The position numbers and the translations under genes are program-made. The notes beneath the pieces were generated by a model. That model had not been told where the DNA came from and did no database searches. It saw only the letters and a program-made list of their open reading frames with translations. Positions 25,588 to 35,243 of a stretch of DNA of 64,000 nt are shown piece by piece; the first letter of the stretch is position 1; the number at the start of each line of letters is the position of its first letter. Source of the stretch: an uncultured Lentisphaeria bacterium (lineage in GTDB: Bacteria > Fidelibacterota > UBA8477 > JABMPR01); NCBI GenBank assembly GCA_964578155.1, contig CAZOBQ010000001.1, positions 2,670 through 66,669 of the forward strand. Reading direction: 5' to 3'.

Positions 25588-27705
25588 CTATTTAGGGAGA
25601 ATTCCTGTTCCTAGTTTTTGAAGATAAGCAATCATGGCGATAATCTCTTTGTCCCAGGTTGTTTCAATGCCTGCATTTTTAAGATTTGCCACAATCCCAT
25701 CTGCTTGTGTTTTGAGATCAGCAAGAGCCTGGTCTTCATATCCTTCAGGATAGGGAACCCCTAAAGTTCTCATTACACTGATCTTCTTTGGAAGATGAGC
25801 ATAATCGTTACTTCGTTCCAGAAGCCATGGATACACTGGCATGATCGATCCTGGGCTCATAGAGCGTGGATTTTCCATGTGGTTGTAATGCCAAGCATCT
25901 GGTTTTCTAAGTTTTCCAACGCCTTCACGGTGAAGGTCTGGACCTGTACGTTTTGAACCCCAAAGGAAAGGATGATCATAAACATATTCACCAGCTTTTG
26001 AATATTCACCATAACGTTCTGTCTCACTTCTAAAGGGACGAATCATTTGGGAGTGGCAATTAACACAGCCCTCTTTGATATATAGATCCCTACCTTCAAG
26101 CTCTAATGGTGAATACGGCGTAACCGTACTAATCGTTGGGATATTGGATTTGACCACGAACATGGGAACAAATTCTACAATTCCTCCAATAGCAACAGCA
26201 ACCAACGCTAAGATAATAAATGGTACTGGACGTGCTTCAATCCAGCGATGTTTAAACTCGCCCGGCACAGACTCTATTGGTTGCAATGCAGGAGCTTCCA
26301 TTTCTTCATCCGGTATCGGGTCGCCGGCCCTAGCCGTCTTAATCAAATTGTAAAGCATGACAAGTGAACCCGTCAAATAGAGAGTTCCTCCAAATGCGCG
26401 AGTCCAATACATTGGAACCAGCTGGAGTACTGTTTCCAGAAAGTTTGGATAGACCAGGATTCCTTCTGGGGTAAACTGCTTCCACATCAAAGCTTGTGTA
26501 ATACCTGTCCAATACATTGGAATGACATAAAAGATCAAACCTAAAGTGGCCAGCCAGAAGTGAACGTTTGCCAATTTTACAGAGTAAAGTTTTGTGTTCC
26601 ATAGTCTAGGAGCCAACCAGTAAAGAATGGCAAAGGTCAATAAACCGTTCCATCCTAGAGTACCAACATGAACATGGGCAATCGTATAGTCTGTAAAGTG
26701 TGAGATGGCATTGTAGTTTTTCAAAGACATCATAGGGCCTTCAAACGTTGACATACCATAAGCCGATACAGCAACAACCATGAATTTCAGAATTGGATCC
26801 TGCCGAACCCGATCCCAAGCTCCACGCAGTGTTAACAAGCCGTTAAGCATGCCACCCCACGAAGGCGCGATGAGCATAATTGAAAACACTGTTCCCAGAG
26901 TCTGAGCCCAATCAGGAGTTGATGTGTAAAGCAAGTGATGAGGACCTGCCCAGATATACAGGAAGATCAATGCCCAAAAGTGAATCACAGAAAGCCGATA
27001 AGAATAGACTGGGCGCTGCGCTGCTTTTGGCATATAGTAATACATTAAACCCAGATAGGGTGTTGTGAGAAAGAAGGCTACAGCATTGTGACCATACCAC
27101 CACTGTACCAAGGCATCCTGCACGCCAGCATAAAGGGAATAACTCTTCCACATGCTAACAGGCACCTCAAAAGAGTTAACAATATGTAGCATAGCAACTG
27201 TGACAAAGGTTGCAATAAAGAACCAAATCGCGACATACATATGCTTTTCACGGCGCTTAATGATCGTTCCAATCATATTGACACCCCAAGCAACCCAGAT
27301 CAGGGCGATGGCAATATCAATTGGCCATTCCAGCTCGGCATATTCTTTAGCTGTTGTGATTCCGGCAGGTAAAGTCAATGCGGCAGCGACGATAATTCCC
27401 TGCCAACCCCAGAAGTGGATTCTTCCCAACATGTCTGAAAAATTCCGAGCTTTAAGTAGTCTTTGGGCAGCATAGTAATAACCCATAAAGATACCGTTAC
27501 CAACAAAGGCAAAAATTGCTGCATTGGTATGTAGTGGACGCAGACGACCAAATGTCAGCCAAGATGTTTCGAAATTCCACCAAGGTGCTGGTAGCTCTAA
27601 CGCAATATGAAGACCAATTAAAAAAGCAGTAATTCCCCAGCCAACTGTTGCCCAGAAAAACATTCGTACGATTTGATTATCGTAACGGAATTTTTCCATC
27701 TCCAT
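25588..27705 (-). CDS. ccoNO: cbb3-type cytochrome c oxidase, fused subunits I+II (CcoN-CcoO)
   Basis: 705 aa with a polytopic heme-copper oxidase N-terminal part (HTNAAIFAF, WYGHNAVAFFLT, HHLLYT, HVHVGTLGW). The C-terminal CcoO part carries CVNCHSQMIRPF. Confidence 0.93.
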   Translation of the reverse strand: MEMEKFRYDNQIVRMFFWATVGWGITAFLIGLHIALELPAPWWNFETSWLTFGRLRPLHTNAAIFAFVGNGIFMGYYYAAQRLLKARNFSDMLGRIHFWGWQGIIVAAALTLPAGITTAKEYAELEWPIDIAIALIWVAWGVNMIGTIIKRREKHMYVAIWFFIATFVTVAMLHIVNSFEVPVSMWKSYSLYAGVQDALVQWWYGHNAVAFFLTTPYLGLMYYYMPKAAQRPVYSYRLSVIHFWALIFLYIWAGPHHLLYTSTPDWAQTLGTVFSIMLIAPSWGGMLNGLLTLRGAWDRVRQDPILKFMVVAVSAYGMSTFEGPMMSLKNYNAISHFTDYTIAHVHVGTLGWNGLLTFAILYWLAPRLWNTKLYSVKLANVHFWLATLGLIFYVIPMYWTGITQALMWKQFTPEGILVYPNFLETVLQLVPMYWTRAFGGTLYLTGSLVMLYNLIKTARAGDPIPDEEMEAPALQPIESVPGEFKHRWIEARPVPFIILALVAVAIGGIVEFVPMFVVKSNIPTISTVTPYSPLELEGRDLYIKEGCVNCHSQMIRPFRSETERYGEYSKAGEYVYDHPFLWGSKRTGPDLHREGVGKLRKPDAWHYNHMENPRSMSPGSIMPVYPWLLERSNDYAHLPKKISVMRTLGVPYPEGYEDQALADLKTQADGIVANLKNAGIETTWDKEIIAMIAYLQKLGTGILPK

Positions 27706-27905
27706 TATTTTTTCTCCTCCTCGTTATCCCCCGAATCAGAATCGGGATCCGTTTTCTTCAATTTCTTATTATCATCAAATAACATTCGCACCGAAGGGGT
27801 GTATTTATCATCAAACTGACCCGACCTAACTGACCAGATATATGCCGCTAAGAATATCAGCGAAGCCGTTAGACTGGCTGCCATAAGTAAGAACATCACG
27901 TACAT
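27705..27905 (-). CDS. ccoS: cbb3 oxidase maturation protein CcoS/FixS
   Basis: 66 aa with a TM helix, then WSVRSGQFDD. TAATG overlap with ccoNO. Confidence 0.8.
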   Translation of the reverse strand: MYVMFLLMAASLTASLIFLAAYIWSVRSGQFDDKYTPSVRMLFDDNKKLKKTDPDSDSGDNEEEKK

Positions 27906-27924
27906 CTCTGTTCCGATTCTTTCT

Positions 27925-30375
27925 TCAATTTAATCCCAGCATACGTGCACGCAAGCCTGTAGCAAACGTTGTAAACGCCACAACCGAAATTGAACTTACC
28001 GGCATAAGAATAGCAGAAACCAGGGGTGAAAGTTTACCGCTAACCGCAAAACCAACGCCGATCACATTATATAAAATAGAAATTATAAAACTGGCAATAA
28101 TGACTGACATGGTAGCCTGAGACATATTGATAAAAGTCTCTAATAAATGCAGGTTCTTGCCAGTCAGTATCGCGTCACTGGCTGGAGAGAACGCAGTCAC
28201 ATCATCAGTCACAGCCACTCCGACCTCACTTGCCCTGAGAGCACCAGCATCATTTAAGCCATCACCTACCATCAATACATGGGCGCCCTCGCCTTGCATT
28301 TTGGCGACAAAGTCCAGTTTATTCTCAGGCGTTTGACGGAAATATAAATCCTGTTCTTTTCCAAACAGGTTAACCAGGGTGGCTTTTTCACGTTCAGTAT
28401 CCCCTGAGAGTAATACCATTTTAAATCGTTTTAGCAACGTGCTTAGCATAGGCCTTAAGCCTTGACGATATTTATTTGCGATCAAGAATGACCCTTTATC
28501 CTGGCCATCAATACTTAAGTACACTCTTGTTTTTAAATCTTCACTATCAGCATCTACCATTTCGTATCCAAGCCATGCTTTGGAGCCAATCTTGATATCG
28601 TGATCTAAAATGACTCCCTTAACACCTTTTCCCGATATCTCCTCAAATGACTGAACCTGGCAGGAGGGTTTTGCATCCAATGAATGAAAGATTTTCTGAC
28701 TCAAGGGATGGGTTGAGTGTTGAACCAATGATTTTACCCACTGCTGCTCATTGGCTGAAAGGGTAGCTCCTGAAAATTCAATGGTATCTTGATTTGGCTC
28801 AGTCAGGGTGCCTGTTTTGTCCATGATAATTGTATTGATCTTCGAAAGGGCTTCAACAGCATCGGTGTTTTTGACATAAAAGCCTTTGCGGCCAAAAATT
28901 CTCAGGGCTGTTCCCAGGGCAAATGGTGAAGACAACGCCAAAGCACAAGGACACGCAACAATAAGTACAGCAGTAAAAACCTTGATTGCAGTAGCCGTGC
29001 TATACTGGAGCCAATAAAGTGAGGCAGCTAATGCAATTGCCACAACGGCAATAGTAAAATAGTGACTTACCTGATTTACGGTTTTGTTTAATCGAGAATG
29101 ACGTGGTTTGTTAAAAATATCGTTATTCCATAGTTGAGTGAGATAGCTTTGAGATGGCTCTTTGATCACCTCCAGCTCAATAGTTGTACCAACCTGCCGT
29201 CCACCAGCATAGATGAAATCACCCGCTTCTTTCACTACGGGGTCAGACTCTCCACTCACGAAACTATAGTCTACCAGTGTGCCCGATTTTAACAAGACAG
29301 AATCTGCAGGGATAAGTTCTTGGTTTCGAACAATAATTCGATCCCCTGGCATTAGCTTCGACACCGGAATAACCGCCTCCGTATTATTGACCTTCCTGGT
29401 AACAGAAAGCGGAAAAAATGATTTATAGTCTCTTTCAAAAGATAGAACGTCATAAGTTTTTTGTTGAAAAATTCGTCCAACGAGGAGAAAAAAGACCAGA
29501 CCAGTAAATGAGTCAAGATAGCCCGCTCCTGATTGGGTCAATATTTCCCATGCACTTCTAAAAAACAGCATGCCGATTCCCAGGGTGATGGGTACATCGA
29601 TATTTACGGTTTTAGATTTAATCCCCGCCCAAGCGGAACTGTAATAGTCCCTGGCGGCGTACAGTAGCACCGGCAGTGAAAGAGCTAGGCTCAGATACCC
29701 AAAAACCATTTTAAAAACGGGGTCAACATCTCCGGAGCGAGAGAGATATTCAGGAAAACTGAGAATCATCACATTCCCGAAAGCAAAGCCAGCTAAACCA
29801 ATCTTCAAATAGAGCTTTTTCTCAGCGGATGACTGTTCACGCTTACCAACTGTATCGAGATTTATTAGAGGCTCATAACCAAGGGATGAAAGGAGAGCTG
29901 CGGCCTCACTTAGGGACATTTCATCTTTATCATAAATGATAGAGACTTCTTTCCTGGGAAAATTAACAACTGACTTTAAAACACGCTCATCCATGTCATG
30001 CAGTTTTTCAAGCAGCCAGATACAAGATGCACAATGCATGGCTGGTGTATGGAAAGTAACTTTTTCCACCTTCCCATCAGAGAATTCCAGCACTTGCTTT
30101 CGGATACTATCGTCATCCAAATAGGAAAACCGGTCCGTGATCAAATCTTTTTTAGGTGAAATGCCAGGTGTATTCTCGATGTCATAGTATTCGCATAATT
30201 CGTTGATATTGAGAATTTCAAACACCGTTTTGCAACCATGACAGCAGAAATATTTACCTCCAATAGCTATGGAGTTATCTGGACATTCATCGCCACAATG
30301 AAAGCAAGCGCCATCATGCTGCGCTTCAGTTGTGGAGCCCGCAAAAGCTTGAATTGGGTCCAGATTAGCGGTCAT
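27925..30375 (-). CDS. ccoI: Copper-translocating P1B-type ATPase CcoI/FixI
   Basis: 816 aa with an N-terminal Cys-rich metal-binding region (CFHCGDEC...CCHGC). Further motifs are HMA-like MHCASC, CPC (ACPCAL), DKTGTLT and GDGLNDAGAL. Confidence 0.9.
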   Translation of the reverse strand: MTANLDPIQAFAGSTTEAQHDGACFHCGDECPDNSIAIGGKYFCCHGCKTVFEILNINELCEYYDIENTPGISPKKDLITDRFSYLDDDSIRKQVLEFSDGKVEKVTFHTPAMHCASCIWLLEKLHDMDERVLKSVVNFPRKEVSIIYDKDEMSLSEAAALLSSLGYEPLINLDTVGKREQSSAEKKLYLKIGLAGFAFGNVMILSFPEYLSRSGDVDPVFKMVFGYLSLALSLPVLLYAARDYYSSAWAGIKSKTVNIDVPITLGIGMLFFRSAWEILTQSGAGYLDSFTGLVFFLLVGRIFQQKTYDVLSFERDYKSFFPLSVTRKVNNTEAVIPVSKLMPGDRIIVRNQELIPADSVLLKSGTLVDYSFVSGESDPVVKEAGDFIYAGGRQVGTTIELEVIKEPSQSYLTQLWNNDIFNKPRHSRLNKTVNQVSHYFTIAVVAIALAASLYWLQYSTATAIKVFTAVLIVACPCALALSSPFALGTALRIFGRKGFYVKNTDAVEALSKINTIIMDKTGTLTEPNQDTIEFSGATLSANEQQWVKSLVQHSTHPLSQKIFHSLDAKPSCQVQSFEEISGKGVKGVILDHDIKIGSKAWLGYEMVDADSEDLKTRVYLSIDGQDKGSFLIANKYRQGLRPMLSTLLKRFKMVLLSGDTEREKATLVNLFGKEQDLYFRQTPENKLDFVAKMQGEGAHVLMVGDGLNDAGALRASEVGVAVTDDVTAFSPASDAILTGKNLHLLETFINMSQATMSVIIASFIISILYNVIGVGFAVSGKLSPLVSAILMPVSSISVVAFTTFATGLRARMLGLN

Positions 30376-30869
30376 TGTGAGGTCTCAGTATTATTGCTTG
30401 TGAGAGGAACACCACACATTTGACCAGCGCCTGGAATCAGAGCCCCATGGAGAGAAGTTAGATTGACCTGGGCAAGCTCGGCAATAGTCTTGCCTCCCAG
30501 AATTTTCTGAACCGCTTGTTGTGCTTCGTGCCATACGAGATGTACTGCACAGTGACTGGAAAACTTACAAACCTCTGCGCCCTGCATACAGACATTCAGG
30601 TAGATCGGCCCCTCAACCGCCTCGATCACCTCTAAGAGTGTTCTGCTCTCTGCGCCCTCTGCCAACCTGACACCACCCCCATTACCCTGAACCGAGTTTA
30701 CAAAACCCTGTTTGGCGAACTGGGAAACGATGGATCGTAAAAAGCGTTGAGGGATATCCTGATTTTGAGCGATCTCTCTTGCGGAGATCAGTTCATTTGG
30801 CTTCCTGCCAGCAAGGTAGACCATGAGACGTACTGCATATTCTCCTTCATTGGTCAATCGAAACGGCAT
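30372..30869 (-). CDS. Rrf2 family transcriptional regulator with three-Cys cluster motif
   Basis: 165 aa with Rrf2 wHTH (EYAVRLMVYLA...ISAREIAQNQDIPQRFLRSIVSQFAKQGFV). It has CMQGAEVCKFSSHC (C-x6-C-x5-C). Its stop overlaps the ccoI start by 4 nt. Confidence 0.88.
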   Translation of the reverse strand: MPFRLTNEGEYAVRLMVYLAGRKPNELISAREIAQNQDIPQRFLRSIVSQFAKQGFVNSVQGNGGGVRLAEGAESRTLLEVIEAVEGPIYLNVCMQGAEVCKFSSHCAVHLVWHEAQQAVQKILGGKTIAELAQVNLTSLHGALIPGAGQMCGVPLTSNNTETSQ

Positions 30870-31049
30870 GGCAAAATCCTAAATTAAAACATCTTTGTGG
30901 GTTCATTCTTATTGGATAAAATAATATTAAACACCCCAAATGCCATGCAATTAGTGTCATTTGAAAAAACTTATCTTCCTCGTTATAATCTTATGTCATT
31001 TCAAGACCGTAAGATCAGACCTGGTTTTCGAGGTAATTTGTCGGTAAAT

Positions 31050-31937
31050 CTATTTTACCAGAGAAAGCGTCAGATATCTTGACTCATAGGCTTCAAGCCT
31101 TTCAAGATCATATGAAAAGCGCATGCTTCCATCTTCTTCGTGGCTAACCCTATCTGGTGTTTGATCAAATCCAACCTGTTGGTCGCCATAGATCATTGCC
31201 AACTCCCAGGTGGGTAAAGCATGGTTCAGCATTAATTGATACTTGAAATTTTGGGCGTCCTGACCAATGATAGGCTCATAATTAAAGCCAACGTCAAACT
31301 GGCCTTCGTTAATTTGAAATATTAACCACTCCCCATTTTCATCTCGGGCTCTCTCAGTTTTAATGCTTCCATTAGAACTATTTGCCCAAGTCTTTTCTGC
31401 ATTCAGGGGCAGGAGAAGCTCAAACCGTAGCGGCAAATCTTCCTCAGGCTTGATCTTTCCCAGCATTTGTACTTTGAAACTTTTATAGGAGGCATTTGGA
31501 TAGACAAGCATTTCAAAACTCGAAAAAGGTGAACTCTTTGCCTGCCAATCCCTAAGGGCAAACACAATGGGTATGGATATCCATACCTCCAACGGTTCTC
31601 CATCTTTAGTGGCTGGATAGAACATGGTTCTCTGGATGGCGTTTACAGCAATTTTATCTAGCTCGGGATGCAAAGGTTCGTCAATTCTGGTTTCTAAAAC
31701 CACTCCCGTTTGGGATATCTTGGCTTTGATCTTTATGACACCTTCAATGCCTTGCTCTCGAATGCCCTTTGGGTAATAGATTCGTGTACTCAGCTGATCA
31801 TAACCATCAACCGGGCTGGGCTTGATCAAGTCAGGGGTGACAATATCACCTCTGAACCATGCACACTGAGAAATGAGCGTGACCATAGATAGGATAATTA
31901 TGCCAAGCCATAGTTTGCGTTCAAAGCTTGTTCTCAT
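31050..31937 (-). CDS. Membrane-anchored protein with TonB-C-like domain followed by an unknown C-terminal domain
   Basis: The TM helix is LWLGIIILSMVTLI. The TonB_C-like segment is YPKGIREQGIEGVIKIKAKISQTGVV...FYPATKDGEPLEVWISIPIVF, followed by about 165 aa I do not recognise. I moved the start to ATG 31937, which follows GAGGTGG. Confidence 0.6.
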   Translation of the reverse strand: MRTSFERKLWLGIIILSMVTLISQCAWFRGDIVTPDLIKPSPVDGYDQLSTRIYYPKGIREQGIEGVIKIKAKISQTGVVLETRIDEPLHPELDKIAVNAIQRTMFYPATKDGEPLEVWISIPIVFALRDWQAKSSPFSSFEMLVYPNASYKSFKVQMLGKIKPEEDLPLRFELLLPLNAEKTWANSSNGSIKTERARDENGEWLIFQINEGQFDVGFNYEPIIGQDAQNFKYQLMLNHALPTWELAMIYGDQQVGFDQTPDRVSHEEDGSMRFSYDLERLEAYESRYLTLSLVK

Positions 31938-32112
31938 AAACCACCTCAACTTCCCTTTTCTGGTTAGGTTTAAATATAGTATCTCTTTTGAAGTTTACCA
32001 ATCATTCGGGGGATTGTAACGCTTTGAGGACAAGGGCTGAAATTGTTGAGCAAAGGTTTAGGGTGTTTGTTTAGAGGAATAGTTTTTCCCTCAGGCTGGT
32101 AGGTTTTTAATC

Positions 32113-32337
32113 TTAAAGCTTTTGTGGTTTCTCATTTCCGCGTTTATAATTGCCTGTCAATCTTGCCATGTATTGCTGCTGTTGGTCAACTGACAGGGTT
32201 TGAATTTTTTCGCAAAAGCTTATCGCTTTCGACCCTCTCAAGGTTGTCACCCTTTTTGAGAAGCGCTGAATATAGACGGTTCCGTTTTTATTGATCTCAT
32301 AGGCAAAACCAAGATGGTCTGGGGTCTCGGAACTCAC
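32113..32337 (-). CDS. Small hypothetical protein
   Basis: 74 aa ORF. The C-terminal MARLTGNYKRGNE-type motif looks like a conserved small-protein family, but I cannot name it. Confidence 0.4.
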   Translation of the reverse strand: MSSETPDHLGFAYEINKNGTVYIQRFSKRVTTLRGSKAISFCEKIQTLSVDQQQQYMARLTGNYKRGNEKPQKL

Positions 32338-32371
32338 AGGATCTTCTTTATCTCGCTGTATTGTGTCGGAA

Positions 32372-35032
32372 TTAGAGTGCCTTCATGGTTTCCAGGTGAT
32401 CTACCAATTTTTTTATAGATTGTGTATAATGATCCAGCTTGTCTTTTTCTTTGGTGACCACGGCTTCTGGCGCACGATCCACAAAATTCTTGTTGGCTAA
32501 TTTACCCTTTACTGACTTCAATAATCCTTCTGTGGTTTGGATCTCTTTTTCAAGACGTTCGATCTCTTTTTCAAGATCAATGAGACCCTCAAGTGGTACA
32601 AATAATTCTGTTTTTTCCACCATGGCGGAAGCTGAAAATTTCGGTTTACCGACTTTTAATCCAAACTCAATGTCTTCTGAACGAATCAACTTCCCGATGG
32701 TGAGTTTTGTCTTCGTTAAAATATCTAATTGTGCCTGCGAGTGAACTCTGCCCACCAATTTGATCAACTGAGATGGCGGGACACTCATTTCAGAGCGGAT
32801 GGTTCGAACAGCAGTAATAATTTTCTTGAGAAAGTTCGTTTGTTGCGCTTCCTCTGGAGCGTGAAATTCTTTTCTAACCACGGGCCAGGCAGCGACGATC
32901 AAATCTGGTTCTCCTGGCAATTTGATCTGCTGCCAAATCTCTTCACTCATAAATGGAGCGTAGGGATGAAGCATTTTCATGATATCTCGTAAAACGTAAA
33001 CAGCTACAGACATGGCTACTTGTTTTTGAGCAGGAGATCCATCATAGAGTCTCATTTTGATCATCTCAATATACCAGTCACAGAAATCGTTCCAGATAAA
33101 ATCCCAAAGCGCACGGGCTGTTTCATCAAAAGAGAAACCTTCTAAAAGGTTCGTTACCCGTTCAATAGTGGCATTCAGTCGATGGAGAATCCACCGATCA
33201 GCCAACTCAAGCTCCTGCCATTTTTCGGGGTTTAGATGATCTTCAGTTAGTTCATAATCTTTGTTCATCAAAACAAAGCGACTGGCATTCCAGACCTTGT
33301 TCATGAAATTTCTGGCTACATCCAGACGTTCCTCGGCAAACAGGATATCCTGCCCTTTGGGTGCGATCAGCATGACTCCAAAGCGTAATGCATCTGCGCC
33401 ATATTTTGCAATTAGATCTAATGGGTCTGGTGAATTCCCTAAAGACTTGGACATTTTACGCCCTTGGCCATCGCGAATAATGCTGGTGAAATACACATTT
33501 TGAAAAGGGATATCGCCTTTGAACTCGTATCCGGCCATGATCATACGAGCAACCCAGAAAAAGATAATATCGGGACCCGTTACCAGGTCGTTGGTAGGAT
33601 AATAATAGCTCAGGTCATTGTCTTCTTCAGGCCATTGATGAACCGCTAGTGGCCACAACCAGGAACTTGCCCAGGTATCTAAAACATCTTCATCTTGTTT
33701 TAATGATGTTGACTTGCATTTACTACAGGCAGAAGGCGCTTCAACCTGCACCATTACCTCAGCACAATCCTGACACGTATAGACCGGAATACGATGTCCC
33801 CACCATAACTGTCGACTAATACACCAATCTTTGATATTGGTCATCCAGTGCTCGTAAGTCTTGGTCCAGTGGGCTGGATGAAATTTTATCTTTTCATCAC
33901 GTACAGTAGATAATGCCGGTTTGACCAGCTCAGTCATATTCATGAACCATTGCTCTGATGCATAGGGTTCAATAGGTACATTTCCTCGTTCAGAATAGCC
34001 TACTTTGTGAACATGTTCCTCAATCTTATCCATGAGGCTTAATTCATTTAGCTGTTCAAGAACAGCTTCTCGTGCCTCAAAACGATCCAGTCCAATAAAA
34101 CGACCTGGGACGTTCTCATTTAAACTGGCATCTTCATTGAAGATATTAATAAACTCAAGGTTATGTCGCTTACCCATTTCCCAGTCATTTGGATCATGAG
34201 AAGGGGTCACTTTGACACAGCCAGTTCCAAAATCTTTATCAACATAATCATCGGCAAAAATGGGGATCTCACGACCGACTAAAGGCAAAACCACGTGTTT
34301 TCCGATAAGATCTTTATAGCGTTCATCATCGGGATGAACGGCGATTCCGGTGTCACCCAACATGGTCTCAGGGCGTGTTGTGGCTACAACGAGGTAATCC
34401 TCTGAATCTTTAATAGGATAGCGCATATGCCATAAGTGACTATTGCGTTCCTGATAGATAACTTCTTCATCTGAGATAGCTGATTTTGTTGCGGGACACC
34501 AGTTAACCAGACGTTTTCCGCGATAGATATAACCAGCTTCATAGAGTTCAACAAAGGAGTGGAGGACTGCTTTATAATAGTCATCATCCATGGTGAAGCG
34601 CTCTCGTTCCCAGTCGCAGGAAGCACCCAGTTTTTTAAGCTGCTCGATGATGATGCCGCCGTATTTATCTTTCCATTCGACTGCATGCTTTAGGAACTCA
34701 TCCCGACCGATCTCATGCTTGGTAATTCCTTTTTCGCGAAGCATGTTGACCACTTTGGTCTCTGTTGCTATGGAAGCATGATCGGTACCTGGAATCCAAC
34801 AAGCCTCTCGGCCCTGCATCCGACGCCAGCGAATTAAGATGTCTTGCATGGTGTTATTGAGAACATGACCCAAAGTCAAAATGCCTGTCACGTTGGGTGG
34901 AGGAATGACAATGGTATATGGTTCCTTTTCAGGGTCTGGCTCTGAATGGAAATAGTTTTGTTCTAGCCAGTGCTGATACCACTTATCCTCAATGGTAGAA
35001 GCATCGTAACGTTTACTCAATTCTTGTGTCAT
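32372..35032 (-). CDS. valS: Valine--tRNA ligase
   Basis: 886 aa with the HIGH-type motif PPPNVTGILTLGH, KMSKS, an editing domain and a C-terminal coiled coil. Confidence 0.97.
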   Translation of the reverse strand: MTQELSKRYDASTIEDKWYQHWLEQNYFHSEPDPEKEPYTIVIPPPNVTGILTLGHVLNNTMQDILIRWRRMQGREACWIPGTDHASIATETKVVNMLREKGITKHEIGRDEFLKHAVEWKDKYGGIIIEQLKKLGASCDWERERFTMDDDYYKAVLHSFVELYEAGYIYRGKRLVNWCPATKSAISDEEVIYQERNSHLWHMRYPIKDSEDYLVVATTRPETMLGDTGIAVHPDDERYKDLIGKHVVLPLVGREIPIFADDYVDKDFGTGCVKVTPSHDPNDWEMGKRHNLEFINIFNEDASLNENVPGRFIGLDRFEAREAVLEQLNELSLMDKIEEHVHKVGYSERGNVPIEPYASEQWFMNMTELVKPALSTVRDEKIKFHPAHWTKTYEHWMTNIKDWCISRQLWWGHRIPVYTCQDCAEVMVQVEAPSACSKCKSTSLKQDEDVLDTWASSWLWPLAVHQWPEEDNDLSYYYPTNDLVTGPDIIFFWVARMIMAGYEFKGDIPFQNVYFTSIIRDGQGRKMSKSLGNSPDPLDLIAKYGADALRFGVMLIAPKGQDILFAEERLDVARNFMNKVWNASRFVLMNKDYELTEDHLNPEKWQELELADRWILHRLNATIERVTNLLEGFSFDETARALWDFIWNDFCDWYIEMIKMRLYDGSPAQKQVAMSVAVYVLRDIMKMLHPYAPFMSEEIWQQIKLPGEPDLIVAAWPVVRKEFHAPEEAQQTNFLKKIITAVRTIRSEMSVPPSQLIKLVGRVHSQAQLDILTKTKLTIGKLIRSEDIEFGLKVGKPKFSASAMVEKTELFVPLEGLIDLEKEIERLEKEIQTTEGLLKSVKGKLANKNFVDRAPEAVVTKEKDKLDHYTQSIKKLVDHLETMKAL

Positions 35033-35057
35033 GGTCTACAATACCCTTTTTTATAAC

Positions 35058-35129
35058 CGCAGAGAGCGCAAAGTCTTTTTGTGTGTCTTGGTCTTGGTTT
35101 AGTCATCCTGAGCCAAGCGAAGGATCTCC
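35058..35129. repeat. 9-mer pair (CGCAGAGAG CGCAAAGTC) plus GTCATCCTGAGCCAAGCGAAGGATCTCC module upstream of valS
   Basis: The 9-mer pair is at 35058-35075 and the module at 35102-35129. Confidence 0.8.
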
Positions 35130-35243
35130 AGGTTAATAGCAATGAACCCCGTGTATCTTTCCAAATTATCAAGCTATGAATTTAGACGGTGGCATGTGGT
35201 GGTGTAAGGGGAAATTGGTGTTTATCTTTAAATCGTACGAATT

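Noticed and set aside
30961-30989. Near-consensus sigma70-like promoter TTGAAA-17 nt-TATAAT on the plus strand
   Set aside because: It points into the 3' end of a convergent minus-strand gene. The only downstream ORF is the tail of a spurious 61-aa ORF. In about 60% AT intergenic DNA such matches arise by chance, and without transcript data it is not reportable. It could still drive an antisense or sRNA transcript.
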